A stretch of DNA of 64,000 nt, taken from positions 9,859,530-9,923,529 of the forward strand of contig CM119270.1 in NCBI GenBank assembly GCA_051294375.1, read 5' to 3'. The notes under the pieces were generated by a model. It worked only from the letters and a program-made list of their open reading frames with translations, made no database searches and was not told the DNA's origin. Position numbers and translations under genes: made by a program. How positions within the stretch are numbered: position 1 is the stretch's first letter; each line of letters starts with the position of its first letter. Origin of the DNA: Paraspadella gotoi (taxonomy: Eukaryota > Animalia > Chaetognatha). Of the stretch, positions 46,905-60,319 are shown piece by piece.

Positions 46905-49900
46905 GTCTCTTCTCTCTCTCTCTCTCTCTCTCCTCTTCTCTTCTCTTCTTCTTGTAATCGATCCGACGAATTTTTTTTGTTTGATTTTTGAAGGGGATTC
47001 ACAAAAAGGGGGCGTTTAGAACTGAAGGATGTTCTTATTCCAATTCAACCGGACGTCGAAAAAAGGGAAAAACTTTTGTTGCAGGGCTGCTGTATGCCAT
47101 AAGTGATGGATTTATGTATGATGATTGATGATGATGGATGATAATTTGATGATGATGTATGATGAATTGCATGGATGACGACTGGACGACGATTACGCAG
47201 GATGAAAATCATGTCCAAACAGCTTTTCAGAGATGTTCATTTTTTTTTAAGCTTGATTAGCTCATTTTATTTTTAGACTTATTTTGGGGAACGTTTCCTC
47301 AATCTTCACGTTAAGATTTTTGTCCACGAACCTAGTTCCCAAAGCCTCTTCCACAACCCAGTTCCACAGACTCTTCCACAACCAATTCCACAGACTTCTT
47401 TCCACAACCCAGTTCCTAAAGCCTTCTGTTCCACAAACCCCAGCTTCCACAGACTCTTCCACAACCCCATGTTCCACAGACTTCTTCTCACAACCCAGGT
47501 TCCAAAGCCTTCGTTTCCAAAACCCAGTTCACAGCTTTTTCCAATAACCAGTTCCAGGACTCTTCCACAACCGCATGTTCCACAGCCTCTTCCACAACCC
47601 AGTTTCCGACAGCCTCTTCCATCAACCCACCTGTTTCCACAGCTTTCTTCCACAACCCAGTGTCCACAGGCCTTCTTCCACAACGCTAGTTCTACAGCTT
47701 TCTTCCTCAACCCCCTTCACTCTGCCATCAACCAAAGGTTAAAAAATCCAAAATTCATCTTTCATCTTTACACAAACAACCGAGGGCCAGCGCTGCCTGC
47801 TCGATGTCGCGCCTTCTTTTGATGAAATTCGAGCTTAGGTAACTTCATTTTGTACTCGAAATCTTCACCTTTTTTTATCTCTTCACTTTTTCACTTCTCT
47901 CCCTTTTCACTGTGTCAGTTTGTTCACGCTCTTTCGACTCTCTCTTCTCGACTCGGGGCTGTGATTGTGGAACGTAAGTCATCGGTGAACGTCAGCTTCC
48001 GATTCTCTTTCACGCGTAAGAAATAAGGAAAATTTCGTGAGCTTGAAAAAAAAAAAAATCTCGTTGACGGGATTAAAAAAAAAAAGGAAAAAAAAGGACG
48101 GGTTGATAAAAACCCGGGATGCTAAGAAGTTTTTTGTTTTCGGTTCTGTTTTTTTTCCTTCCACAAAATTTTGTTTTTGTGTGTGTGTTTTTTATTTGTA
48201 TTTGTTTGTATTTTTAAGTCGCTTGGAGATTCAAGTTTTTGTAATCTGACGGATGTTGAGGAAGCAGAGTATTTTTTTAAGGGGTGAACCAAGCAACCAT
48301 CGCAAATCGTACAGTTTAAAAGTAAGTGAAATTTTAGAGAAAAAATAATTTTGTATATTTTACTAGTGTCTTGCGGCAGATTAGTTGAATACTACAGTAT
48401 TTTCTTTCATGTTGAGGTTTTGTGGTTGGGCTGGTGGTAGATATTAGCTAGAGACTGTTTTACGTGTACATTTTTAAAAAGACCCACTAGCGTGATGGAT
48501 TTCTGAGTGCGTCCAGTTTAGTTATTGATTGCATTTTTTTCACAATTTGTCATTTGGTCGTTGACACTTAGTCGTCGTCTCTTTTTAAAATTTAGGTATT
48601 GTACCAATAGGATAAATTGAGATGCTCCCTCTTTGCCGAAATTTTTATTTAACAAAGATTTGTACTGGGTAGTTCAAATCCTTAGTTCTCTAACTGTAAA
48701 AAAAGTTATTTTCTTGAATAACTTTGGAAAGAAAAGAGGTAGGAATGTGGGTGAGGTATCAAATTAAAGCCCTAATCATGGGACACCTTTCTAAAATAGT
48801 TTTATTAAATTTTATCCATAAATCTTTACACAGCTTTTATTTAAATCGGAGTTAAAAGTATAACAGTTTTTTGCATTAAAAATTTCAATGAAGGCATGTG
48901 AAATTTTTTTTCTTCTTTCGTAATTTGAAAAAGGAAAGACTAAATTACATTTTGATAACCATTAAATCTTCTCTACTCTATAAATTTGCTTGTATTTTTT
49001 AGTTAAAGTAAAAAACAAGCAAAAATTTATGAAGTAGCTGGATAAAATGTTTTTTTAAATATGAAAAATGATAAATACAAAAATATTTTCAGATTGATAT
49101 AAACAGTCTGAACGTCTACCTTCTTGTCTGTGAAAAAAAAAATTGTCATTTTTCATTATCTACAACTGCAAACAAAAAGCTTGACACGCTGCTTGTTTAT
49201 GATAATAAAATTTTTAAAAATGACATTGCTGGCGACATATTTGACAAAGCAAGACNNNNNNNNNNNNNNNNNNNNNNNNNAAAATGTCCCGTGTGACCTT
49301 AAATTCGAACAATATATCGTTGGAAGACTTCATATTTGGCCGCGTCGCGAGTTACAGCGAGAGAGAAGAGAGAGAGATTTTTTTTTTTTTCTCTGAAAAT
49401 AAAGAGACTAATTTGACAATTAAACAATAAGAAGATTTAAACGATTAAACGATGAGTATTGAGCAAGAAAATTGCACTAATGGCCTAAAAATAAAATTCA
49501 CATACAATTAAGGATCATTGGCGGACATTGGCTAAATTGGAAAAGTAATTAGCTATATCAATGAAAATCCAATGAAGTGAATATTCAGCATTACACTAGG
49601 CCATTTGCCATTTTTTTTTAAAGTCATAGACAGAAAACTTGGCAAATGAAAAAAAAAAAGTAAATGACTATCATTAATCGGTACCATAACATTTATACTA
49701 GGCCATTGCCTCTTTTTTTTTAAGTCATAGACAGAAACTTGTCAATTTTTTTTTTTTTTAAACCGATCAACTATAGAAAAGGCATAAGAGAGAGATCATG
49801 GTAAAAATCCTTTAGACATAGAGAGCCGCTAAATTTGATCAAGGAGACGGATGCGGAGATTTCTTGGGAGAACAGATCGGTGAGAGCAATCGTTAGAAAG

Positions 49901-52900
49901 GGTCGAAGAGAAGAATCGGGAGAAGGATCGTTTGCGGTTTCTGCATCGTAATATCCTTAATGTTATGAGTTGAATGCATCTTTGGCAATGTTTAGAATTC
50001 GTTTTTGTTATAATATTTGTAGTATTTTGGTGTTTTCATGTCCATTTTGTACTTTATCTTCCACATAGTTATAGTTTTAACTAAAAAAAATGGTAATTGT
50101 AAAAACTTCCGCAAACACGTCTCGTGCTTTCCGCTGTTCACAACAATTTTTTTTTCCTATTTTTTAAAAAAAATTGGGAGTGATTTCGCTCATGTGTTTC
50201 CTCATCCGTAGCCTTTAGCGATTTCTCCTCTTTACGATCGAATTCGTAGCAACCTAGAAGATCAATCTCCATCGACTCGATGAAATCCTCGCAATCCTCT
50301 CCCTATTTATTCTCCCAGCTGGAGATTGACGATGTTTCGAATCGACCCCTTAGCGTCTTCTCTAACGAAAAAACAAACTCCATCGTCTGTCGCACCAACT
50401 TCATTGCCTGCTGCCGCAACTCTATCAAACTGCCGCGCCGACTTCGTCTTCTGCGCGACTCCTCGTTCTTCATATATTTCAACTTCTGATCTCACAACGA
50501 AAATTCTGAACGCAAAAGGAACAGTCGTGCTGATTCAAACTAAATGACAAAACTCAACCGGCCAACCAAAAGATCGTCGAGTGTATCTTCTGTTTTATAT
50601 TTCACGATTTATTTGTCATTTATTAAACATTTTACGTCAATTTGAGATTTTAGTTCAACCTACGGCCGACAAATCAAACCAGCGCACCATCAAGGCATAG
50701 AAAAATAATAATAAATTTCATAATTTCAACAATTTTTGCTGAGGTTGAATTAATGTTTATACTAAGAAAACGGTTCTGTTTTCAATCTCGTTTTTAATCA
50801 CCGAATCCACAATCGTTCGTCTGAAACTTGTTTCTAATGACTTTCTGAAACTATGTTTTTTGCCTAATTTTCTCTTATTAAACATACATTTTGGAACTCT
50901 AAGCGACTCATTTTTGGACGGGGGACGCCTTGAATGTTAGTTTCCCGCGTACGGAGAAGATAAATTTTCTTTTCTTCAAATGAGAAAGAGAAAGAGAGAT
51001 AAGAGAGAGAGGGAAAAAATAAGAAAGAGAGATAAGTTGATTGATATGTCCGGTCAGGGGCTTTAATTATTTTCTTTTCTCGCTTATTTATTCTTTGATA
51101 TTGTTCATAAAATCTTAATGTATATGCTTTAAAATATATAAAATTTCAATTGCTTTAACTGAGAAACAACTTTTTATAAGTAAAAAATAATAACCAAAAC
51201 TAAAATTCCGATGGTCACGTGACCAATTCCCACCAATCACAGATCGCACTTGAATGAATTTTTAATTAATGTAAAAATCTGGCAGTGGATCCTGAATATT
51301 TTTTTGGAAATTATTACTGTGATATCAAATAAAACTACACTTAGGTAAAGGAATCACCGACAGGCAACATATTTTGGAAAATTATATATGCATATGATCC
51401 GCCCTATATAATCAAGTTATGATAGCGATGATAGTCCATTCACTGCTGTGATGATAGTCATTCACTGATGCGATGATTGTCATTCATTGATGCTTGATAG
51501 TCAATAAAACAAACAAATGCGTGTTATGAGTGAAAGAGAGAGAGAAGAGAGAGAGAAGAGAGAGAGAGAAAGAAAGAGAATAAATCCACGAAAATCTCGG
51601 ATGAAAATATGGGATTTTGTATTGAAAAAAAGCGCGGAATAAATGGTAATAATAAACAGTTTTTAGAAGGAAAAAATAATCAGAATTTTTAAAAAAACAA
51701 ACGATCACGCAAGAGATCGGACAGATAGGGACAGACACACACAGAGAGACAGAGAAGAGAGAGACAGCCGCTGCAGAGAAAAAGAGAGAGAGAAAGACGA
51801 TATATAATAAATAAAAGAGAGAGAAGAGAGAGAAGCTCTACAGCCCCTTTACTCGTTAAAGAATCAGCAGTTCTTATGGCGCCGGACGTAGCGTGAGCTC
51901 TTCTCTACCCAAAGGACCCGGGTTCGCACCCTGTTCGCGGCATCGTTTTTTTACATTAGTGAGCCCACATTATGTCTAATTTTTTTGTAAAAAAAAAAGA
52001 GGAGAGAGAGAGAGATAGAGAGAGAAGAGAGAAAGAAGCTGGACAGACGCTGCAGAGCCGGAACTCGTTTTTAGACAAATCAGAAGAAGCAGTGACGGAG
52101 AAAAAGAGAGAGAGAGAGAGCGACATATAATTTAAAAGAAGAGAGAGAGAGCGACATATAATTAAAACGTTTTTGTTTTGTTAAATAAAACATAAACAAA
52201 TACGAATAGGATATGAAACATGAGAATTTTAAAGATCTTGATCTTAGAAGCCATATATGAAATTTCAACTCCCTATGATATCACACTTTCAGAAAGCCAT
52301 GATTGCAAAAAAAGCGTGACCGAAAGCTAAACCGAATCAAAATCTAGCCAGGACGGGCTTTGCTGAATATAAATTATAATTAATTATTAAAATTAATTAA
52401 TTAATTAATCTATTAATTAATTAATTAATTATCGTAGGCAGATCCGACATTGTTTGCTCAAACTTGTTTTAATATTAATTAATAAATAGGAAAGGCCAAA
52501 TTTTTTTTTGATAATTTTTAAAGTTTAAGACCAGATTCAGATAGCCCACACAAAGTATAATTCTTTCTATTTTCATGATAAGTGAGTCAAAAATAAGAAA
52601 AACTGTAAAAAATCATCATCATCATCATCTTTCGATGATTTTATCAGTTTTTTTTATATTTTCACATAGAAAACGTAAGAATTTTTAAAAGCTGTAATTA
52701 TGTTTCTTGTTTAACTTTTTATGCTCTATCAGAATCCTTCAAAAAATTTTAAGATTTCAAAAAAACAATTTTATAATGTAAAACAAGAGACAAGTAATAT
52801 TTAATGTATTAATCAAGACGTATAACGTAATTTTTTTTGGAAAAAGATTGCTTAAATATTTAGTCAAGACAACTAAAATTACTTTGTTAATAGTCGAAAT

Positions 52901-55733
52901 TTTATATTATCTCTGGAGTATATATTATATTATATTATCCCTAACTGGGGAATATAAATTTTATTTGAGTGAACAAACAAGGATATTAAGACGTGAGATA
53001 GTATGATTAAGGAGTACAAAAAATATTTTGCTTATATTGTTTGGGGAACAGTATCATTAATTACAATATATTTATAGTAATATCCTTATAAAATCATAAA
53101 TTTTCAAAATTAGTTTTTTTTAAATTTTATTAAAGATTCTGATTTTTTATAAAAAGTTAGATCATAAAAAAATATGTTATTAAAAATAGAAAAAAAAGGT
53201 CAAATTCTTCACTTTTTTACGCTTTGTAGAAGAAACTATTATATTAGATAGGCAAGTTACCTGGTCGTTTATAATGTTATTTTAAAGTATTTTTACATTT
53301 ACTGATAGGAAATGATGTCAATATTGTTCATGTAAAATTTCAAATCAATCGACCCACGCGTTGAAAAATAATCTACAAAAAAAGGTCATTTTCCACGCCC
53401 AATTTTTAAATCAAATCTGCGTTCGTTATATTTTTCTTTTTGGTTCCACTTAAATTTTTAGCTTCGGCCGAGTGACTTAATTGGTAATAAAAAAATTGAT
53501 TTTCTTGGATAACTTTTAAACCAGAAATGATAGAACGATGAGACTGGTATCATATTAAGCCATAATTATGGGGCATCTTTTCCATATAATTTTTCTCAAA
53601 TGTTTCAAAGGATTTTTTTTTAAATCTGGATCGGAATCTTAGTCAAAAGTATAACAACTTTTGAAATTAAATTAAACACACTTGGCCGTATTTAAAAAAA
53701 TAAATAAATATGGATTCTGAAAGAGAAAAGACTGAATTATGTTTCTTATATAAGCAAAAATTTTTATACTTCAAATGTTAATATAATTACTAAGGATAAT
53801 GAATTATCATTTTGTTGAAAACAAAAAAAATTAAAAATTCATGTTGGAACCTTAAAAAACATATGATTTAAATATGAAAATTTAGGAGTTCAAACTTTGT
53901 TCCGGCTGATTTAAAAACTACTGACATAGGGCTAAAAGACTGTATTATCAAATTTTTTAATTTTTGTCATCTTCAGGTGCAAATTAAAACCTTTGCATAA
54001 TGCCCATTAGCTATATTAATAAAACAATTTTTTATTAAAAAAAAAGCACTACAATCTTTTAATAACACGCTAATGCATGTAGCTGTATGGTAAAATTGTT
54101 TGTTTTTATTTTTTATTATAATACAAGGCTTTTATAAATAAAGGGGTAAATTGCAAAGAAAATGAGTGATTTCAAGGCTCCATATTGATACTATGATATC
54201 AATGAATTTTCTTTGTTCCGGCATCGAAATGTACCTAAGACATTGTAGTTTCATTAGCTAATCTTTATTTTTATAATTTTAAAGGGCATGTTTGGCAAAA
54301 ACAGTAAGAAACAAAAATGACAACAAATTTTAGAAAAAAATTTGGATTAATTGCTATTATTTCTTACTATGACGTCAATTTATTTTTTCTGTTATGTGCT
54401 TCAAAGTTAGGCTAAACCCTACAGAATCGGAATCAGTGCATGACCGCTGTATACTTATTTGACTTATACAGTAAATAACCGCAAAATAAAAAAAATTTAA
54501 AAAGATTTAGACTAAGCGCCGTGTTTATTTTCAGTATTTTTTAGTCAAGACCTTTATGGATTTTCTTTGTTCCGGCGGCGTTGGATAGCCCAAACACTGC
54601 AGTTTCAGAAAATCCATGGTTTTGTAATATTTCTGCGCTACTGGTGCCAAAATTGCTAGGAACCAAAATTATCCGAACCGCTTCGTTCTTTCGGATTTCT
54701 TTTTAAGCGCGGAGCGACATATCTAATTATATGATGAAACTTTTTGGTAATTTTCGCAGCTTTTACCTAAAAATATCATGTAATATATTTTACAAAAGTT
54801 TTTCTGTTTTTTCCGACGAATCTGAAACTGTTCTTAAAATTTAAAAATATGATTTTGAAATTTTATAAGGATATTACTATAAAAAAATTCAATTAATGAT
54901 ACTGTCATCGCAGATGGAATCAGAACCAAGAATGGAATCGGATCCGCGACTCGGATGAAATCTACCGAGGACTCTCATTGAAATGGACCAATGAGAAGAG
55001 AGGCTTCCTGCCAAGGGTCGTGTCGATGATCCGTGTCGATGATCCGATTGTATTGTATAAATACTGGACCATTTTGTATTGAATCCATTCTGCCTCAAAT
55101 TCTGACACCGTCTTTCTTGTGACTTTTTTGAGAATAAAATCCACTTTGGTCCACTTAGTTAAATGTGGTGGCAGCAGTGAGATTCGAACCCACTCAATTT
55201 TTTTTTTGAAAAAGGGCTTAATTATTTTTTATTACATATACAAAGGCAGCAAAAAAACATTGTTCCATCGCTCAATTTTTTCATCACTCCACCCAGGGTG
55301 GAGTCCACCTATTAATTATCCCGACTCTCCAACTGGACCCGACCCAGCAACCAACCTGGATCAGATGTAGCGCTTCGAAAACGATCGTGCCGTTTAGCGT
55401 CACCAACGCCGCCATCGGCAGAACAAACGGAAGTCGACGCGCCTTTCCTGTCGCCGATGGCGTTGAGGATTTTCGAGTAAAGACGATGACGATGCCGGAG
55501 GCGACGACGCCGTGAACGACGACGACGAGGATGACGACGATGGCGACGACTCGTCGGGAGAGGGAGGAGGGAAAGAGAGGGGGGTATGGGGATAAGGAGA
55601 GAGGGGAAGGAGAGGGAGACGAGACAGAAAGAGATGGACAGGAAAATAATTTTGAGGCGAGGAGAAGGTTGAGAAGGAAGAAGACGAGGTGAAGGATGAG
55701 GGAGAAGCAGCGGACGAGAGGCTTGAAACGCAT
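37835..55733 (-). CDS. Multi-pass membrane protein, spliced; family not recognised
   Basis: Exons 55733-55356, 38935-38727, 38246-38076 and 37859-37835 with GT-AG ends and compatible phases (0, 2, 2); several hydrophobic segments. Unseen exons in the 16-kb intron are possible. Confidence 0.55.
39288..40330 (-). mobile_element. DINE-1/Helentron-associated-like non-autonomous element
   Basis: Inverted copy of the 62000-62840 family, with (GTCC)n microsatellite and internal tandem subunits. Confidence 0.65.
41950..43010. repeat. ~42-bp satellite (CATCCATTCATGCCATTCATTCAATCCAAGCCAATCTATTCA)
   Basis: Visible tandem array; it explains the spurious His/Ser-rich ORFs. Confidence 0.9.
43020..43430 (+). 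mobile_element. Possible Penelope-like element 3' remnant
   Basis: KFTILD...EA resembles a GIY-YIG C-terminus, followed by two ~58-bp direct repeats, one containing CCGAAACGCGTT. Confidence 0.3.
44450..44820. repeat. Degenerate (CCTTAACCTAAT)n repeat
   Basis: Visible tandem units. Confidence 0.75.
45138..45212 (+). pseudogene. tRNA-Lys(CTT)-like copy with encoded CCA
   Basis: GCCCG...CAGTCGGTTAGAGCA...TCTTAAT...GTCGTGGGTTCGAGCC...GCGCCA resembles eukaryotic tRNA-Lys; the stems are damaged. Confidence 0.7.
45219..45548 (-). mobile_element. Putative LTR followed by a tRNA-Lys PBS
   Basis: Minus strand TGTCAT...CA, TATA-like GATATAAAG, then TGGCGCACAATGTGG six nt after the end. Confidence 0.45.
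47320..47710. repeat. ~24-26-bp minisatellite (TTCCACAACCCAGTTCCACAGACTC)
   Basis: Visible tandem units. Confidence 0.85.
53245..54726 (-). mobile_element. End of an AT-rich DNA-transposon-like repeat (copy 2)
   Basis: Inverted, highly similar copy of 32395-33880. Confidence 0.7.
54903..55195 (+). mobile_element. Putative LTR plus tRNA-Leu PBS
   Basis: TGTCAT start, CCAAT, TATAAATA and AATAAA, then TGGTGGCAGCAGTGAGATTCGAACCCAC (55166-), complementary to a tRNA-Leu-type 3' end with CCA. Confidence 0.55.
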
Positions 55734-55891
55734 CGTCGGTCGTCGAGGGATCAAAGGAGAGGAAAATGAAAGATGACCCAGTTGGGATTGAATTATTAAT
55801 TTCTCATGAAAATAAACATTAATATTTTGGAAAATCTCCCACGCCGATCAGTAGCGCTGATGCAAAGTCTTTGTCCCCTCCGGAGATTTCG

Positions 55892-55944
<53 letters not shown>

Positions 55945-56534
55945 CGCTTGACTTGAGAAAGAGAACGGGAGATTGCGTGACAAAGCCAAAGATTTCGGAA
56001 TCGGATATCGAGGAAGTTAAACTGGTTTTGGGTAACAATGAGAAAATTAGAAAGAAAGTCTGGAGAGGAAGAGAGAGAGAGAGAACTGGTTTTAAGTAAC
56101 GGCGGAAAAGTAAAAATCACAGTCGATTAGGAATATAACAAGTTTAAGCAAACAATGTCGGATCTGCCTACGATAATTAAGCGGTAATAAGCTAATCCGA
56201 TGATAAATCATGGTAATTTTTCTGACTCTCAATTTGTGATTATAACAAATCATAACAGACTTCTTAATAAATCTTTGAAAAATCTATAAATCTATTGGCA
56301 TAATTTGGTTAACATGCATAATTTAGTAAATTGTCGTAATTTGGTCAACTGGCATATTTTGGTCAACTGACATAATTTGCTCAACTTCAAAATTTGGTCA
56401 ACCGGCATAATTTGGTCAATCAATCAATCAATCAATCAATCAGAGAGAGATAGAGAGAAACTTTTAAAAATTGACAAAAATGTGTCTTGAAGAGACAGTA
56501 ATTATTGTAATGTGATAGTGACAGAAGCATTCAA

Positions 56535-56690
56535 TATAAGCAGTCCCTGAGCTTCGGATCAGGCTGTAACACCATGTTACAGGCGGGTTAAGCGGCCCGT
56601 CCCTTTTAACTGCTAGGACGGCCACCGGGCTAGAACCCTGGACCTTTGGGTTGGGAGGCGAATGACTTGCTTCCGGCACCAATGGCCGCT
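56535..56690 (-). mobile_element. tRNA(Gly-like)-derived SINE-like repeat with structured tail
   Basis: ATTCGCCTCCCAA and B-box-like GGGTTCTAGCCC, followed by several hairpins. Confidence 0.45.
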
Positions 56691-59099
56691 GACGAACGGT
56701 TGGTGGATTTTAGTCCACCACAGTCTTTTGGTTTTCAGTTTTAAACTCTTTACCACTCCTACAATTCCACCAAAAACTTATATCCAGCTTAATCTCATAG
56801 TTTCCACAAAATTTCATTTCAATTTATCTATCCAATTTTTAATCAATATAATAATTATGACTAATTATAAGTAAAAATGCTTCAAGTAAATATGACTTTT
56901 TTTTCCATTTAAACTCATTAACTAATTTGATCCAAAATGTTTGTTTTTAGCAGAGATGTGGAAGCGATCGATCTTTCGCCGGCGCTTCCCAAGACCCCTC
57001 CCGCTCCCGTTTTCGCGTGCAATCCTTACTTTTTTAGCCCGGATCGCTTTCGGTTTTGTTATTATTTATAAAAATATTCTCTTTAGACATGTAATTCATT
57101 CAACAATCTTTTTTGTTAACAAATAACAAGTGAAATTTTTACTATGAAAACTTGTAAGATTTGTAAGATTGTAAGAATCGTTTGAGTGGAAATTACTTTA
57201 AATGAAAAAAACAAAAAAACCTGTTTCCCTATTTGCTTTTTTCTTTTTTATTAAATGTAAATACAAGCTGCATTAATTATTCAATTAATCAATTAATTAA
57301 TCAATCAATCAATTAACTAATCAACTAATCAATCAAAAATTAATTAATCAATTAATTTATCAATCAACTAATTAATAAATTTATTTATCAATGAATTATT
57401 AAAAAACCAATTAATTAATTAATCAATCAATTAATCAATCAATTAAACAATGTCAGTATTATCATTGTCGTCATCTCCAATGTCGTTGTTGCTTTGGTCC
57501 TTATCAGTGACCTGACAAAAAGACCTAAAAACTAACAGGCCTGATATGAATTTCATTTAATTGATCAATCAATAATTCAATTAATCACGATGGTGATATC
57601 CTCGTCGTCATCATCATTATCATGGTCGCCATTTCTTTTGTCATAATGAAAAGACGAAAAAACAAACAAGTTTGAGCTAACAATGCCAAAACTGATCAGT
57701 TAATTAATTATTCAATCAATTAGTCAACAACAACTAGTATTTACATTGGCTGAGAAAAAGGTCAGCCATAACAAGGTCGGGTAAGAACAGGTCATTCTTA
57801 TTGACCACTACTGTACTACGGGTCACAAAGTACAAAGACTTCGTCGTCGTCTTTGTCATTGTATTCGTCGTCGTTGTCGTCTTTGTTAAAATCATTTGAG
57901 CTCCTAAATGTTCGATGTTAATCTTTTAATTAATCAATATGTAATTAATTAATTATTAATTACCGCTAATGATCATGGGCAGATCCGGCATTGTTTGCTA
58001 AAACTTGTTCATTAATAATTTTGATTTATTTATTTTATATATATTTTTTATTTGCTTTTTTGTTCAGTGCGAGAGGGGAAAAAAAAAAGAAGAGAAAGAG
58101 AGAGGGAGAGAGTTTGTTAGAGATATAAGTATGTATAAGCACAATATTATGCAATATTGCCAATAAAGCAGATCAATCTTTTTGGTTCAAACTTGTTTGT
58201 AACATGAAAAACCTTATGGATTTAAAAAAAAGTAGACTTAAATTTAAAGAAAAACAACAAAAATATAAGAAATAAAATTTTTAATTTTATTGAATTAAAA
58301 AAGCTTAATTTATATTTTAATTTAACTTATAACTACAGTTTTTTCAGATAAAAAAAATATTTTGTTCAGCTCAGATTTTATTTCAATACATTAAAAAGAA
58401 TAATTAAAAAATTAAATGTAATTTTTTTCATCGTGAATTTCCTTTCATTTCGTTATGTTTAAAATAATAAAAGTTTAAGATTGTTTTTAACAATGATTTA
58501 CAAAGTATTAAAAATTGTTGTTGAAAGCAATTTCAAACTTCTTCTATTAGTAATTTTTTCATAGATTCTCGACCAAAGAGAAAGAGAGAACAAAAGAAAA
58601 CCAAAAAAATAAAAGAAGAAAATAAGAAAAAGTGAATAAAAAAAATTAGAGAAAACAATTTTAAATGTTGAAATCAAGAAAGAGCAAGGGGTTGCAAAGA
58701 TTTTAATACATTAAATACCTTTCATTTCTAACCAATAAAAACAAATGACCAGAAAGCGAACATGCAGGGTTATTATAGGTTCTGGTTTCAATCCTTCATT
58801 CTCAATTTTTCTATCGCTCCCGGTTTCGGGTTCTTCAAAAATCGGCCGCTTCCACAGTGTTCGCTTACGCTTTCCGGATCGCGTCCACATCTCTGGTTTT
58901 TAGGACTTTTCGTCACTAACCACGACAAAAGCAATGACGACGATGTTGATTGATTGATTGATTGATTAAATGATTAATTAATTTATAAATAAATTGATAG
59001 ATTGAATAATTAATTAATAGATAAAAATGTATCGATTTAATAATTAATTGATTGATTAATTGACTTATTAATTAATTATTGATTATTTAATTAATTAAT

Positions 59100-59838
59100 A
59101 CATCTTGCATTTACATTTAATATAAAATAAAATGAATCATAATCAATTAGTGAAACAGGTTTTTTGGTTTTCCATTTAAACTCATTTCCACTCAGACGAT
59201 TCCATCGAAACTTTATTTCCAGCTTAATCACACACTTTTCAACCCACATACAAAATTTAAAGTCACATTAATTAATTTTTTAATTAATTAATTAATTAAT
59301 TAATTAATTAATTATTAGTAATCATAAATAATAAAGATTCAAGTAAATGTGACTTATGTTTTTTTCCATTTAAACTTATTTTCACTGGCACGATTCCGTC
59401 AAAACTTTATATCAAGCTTCTTCACACACTTTCCTACCCACACACAAAGTTTCAACTCAATCTATCCATCCAATTATGATTAATTAGAGTTATTATTGGT
59501 TAAAATAAGTAAAAAGATTTTAGTAAATGCGACTTATGTTTTTTTTCCATTTAAACTCATTTCCACTCGCACGATTCCATCGAAACTTTATATCCAGCTT
59601 CATCAGACACTTTCCTACCCACACACAAAATTTCATTCCAATCCAACCACCCAATCACGAGTTATTGGAGCTTTTTTCTAAAGTGGAACGGACGGACTGA
59701 CGGACGGACAGATAGACGGACGGACATCATTTTTTTGCATAATTTATCATAATTCGATGTTCTGACATGATGTAAGTGATTGCCCGACAATATTGAGGGG
59801 GCGGACCGACGAACCGACAAAGCAGATCCGACTAAAAA
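59100..59838 (+). mobile_element. DINE-1-like element copy
   Basis: Same family as 62000-62840; (GGAC)n and terminal GCAGATCCGACTAAAA. Confidence 0.65.
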
Positions 59839-60319
59839 ACAAAATTGTAAGCCCCAGACAAAACTATATAAGAAAAAATCATGACGCCCGTCAGGCGAGA
59901 TAAAAACAAGGAACCAACTGCAAAAGCAAAGAGTTTTTGGTCGTCATACCTCGCAAGGATGTAATAAATACTAGAAGAATACTAGTAGAATAAAAAAAAC
60001 TAAGTACAATTAAATGAAGTACGAATGAAAATCAATATTCTTGCTCCTTGCAATGCTGAAACTACGCTGAGACAAACCGCATTGGTGTCACTTTTGATCT
60101 TGATGAACTTTAATTCAAAGTCTCACATTCTTTTAAATGTTTTTATCTTACTGTTTCAATCGATGAAAATCGGGTTTGAATCAGTTAACTATTAAGATTT
60201 TACCGGTTTTTCTCGTAAATCTCTCGAGCCCCCCCCAAAAAAATACTGAAGTGCGTAATATTTAAAAAGGAATGATACATATCAAACAGTAAAGCAAACA
60301 ACATCGAACGGATGCGAAC

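Noticed and set aside
45703-47019. ORFs over (GA)n/(CT)n tracts
   Set aside because: Microsatellite-derived translations.
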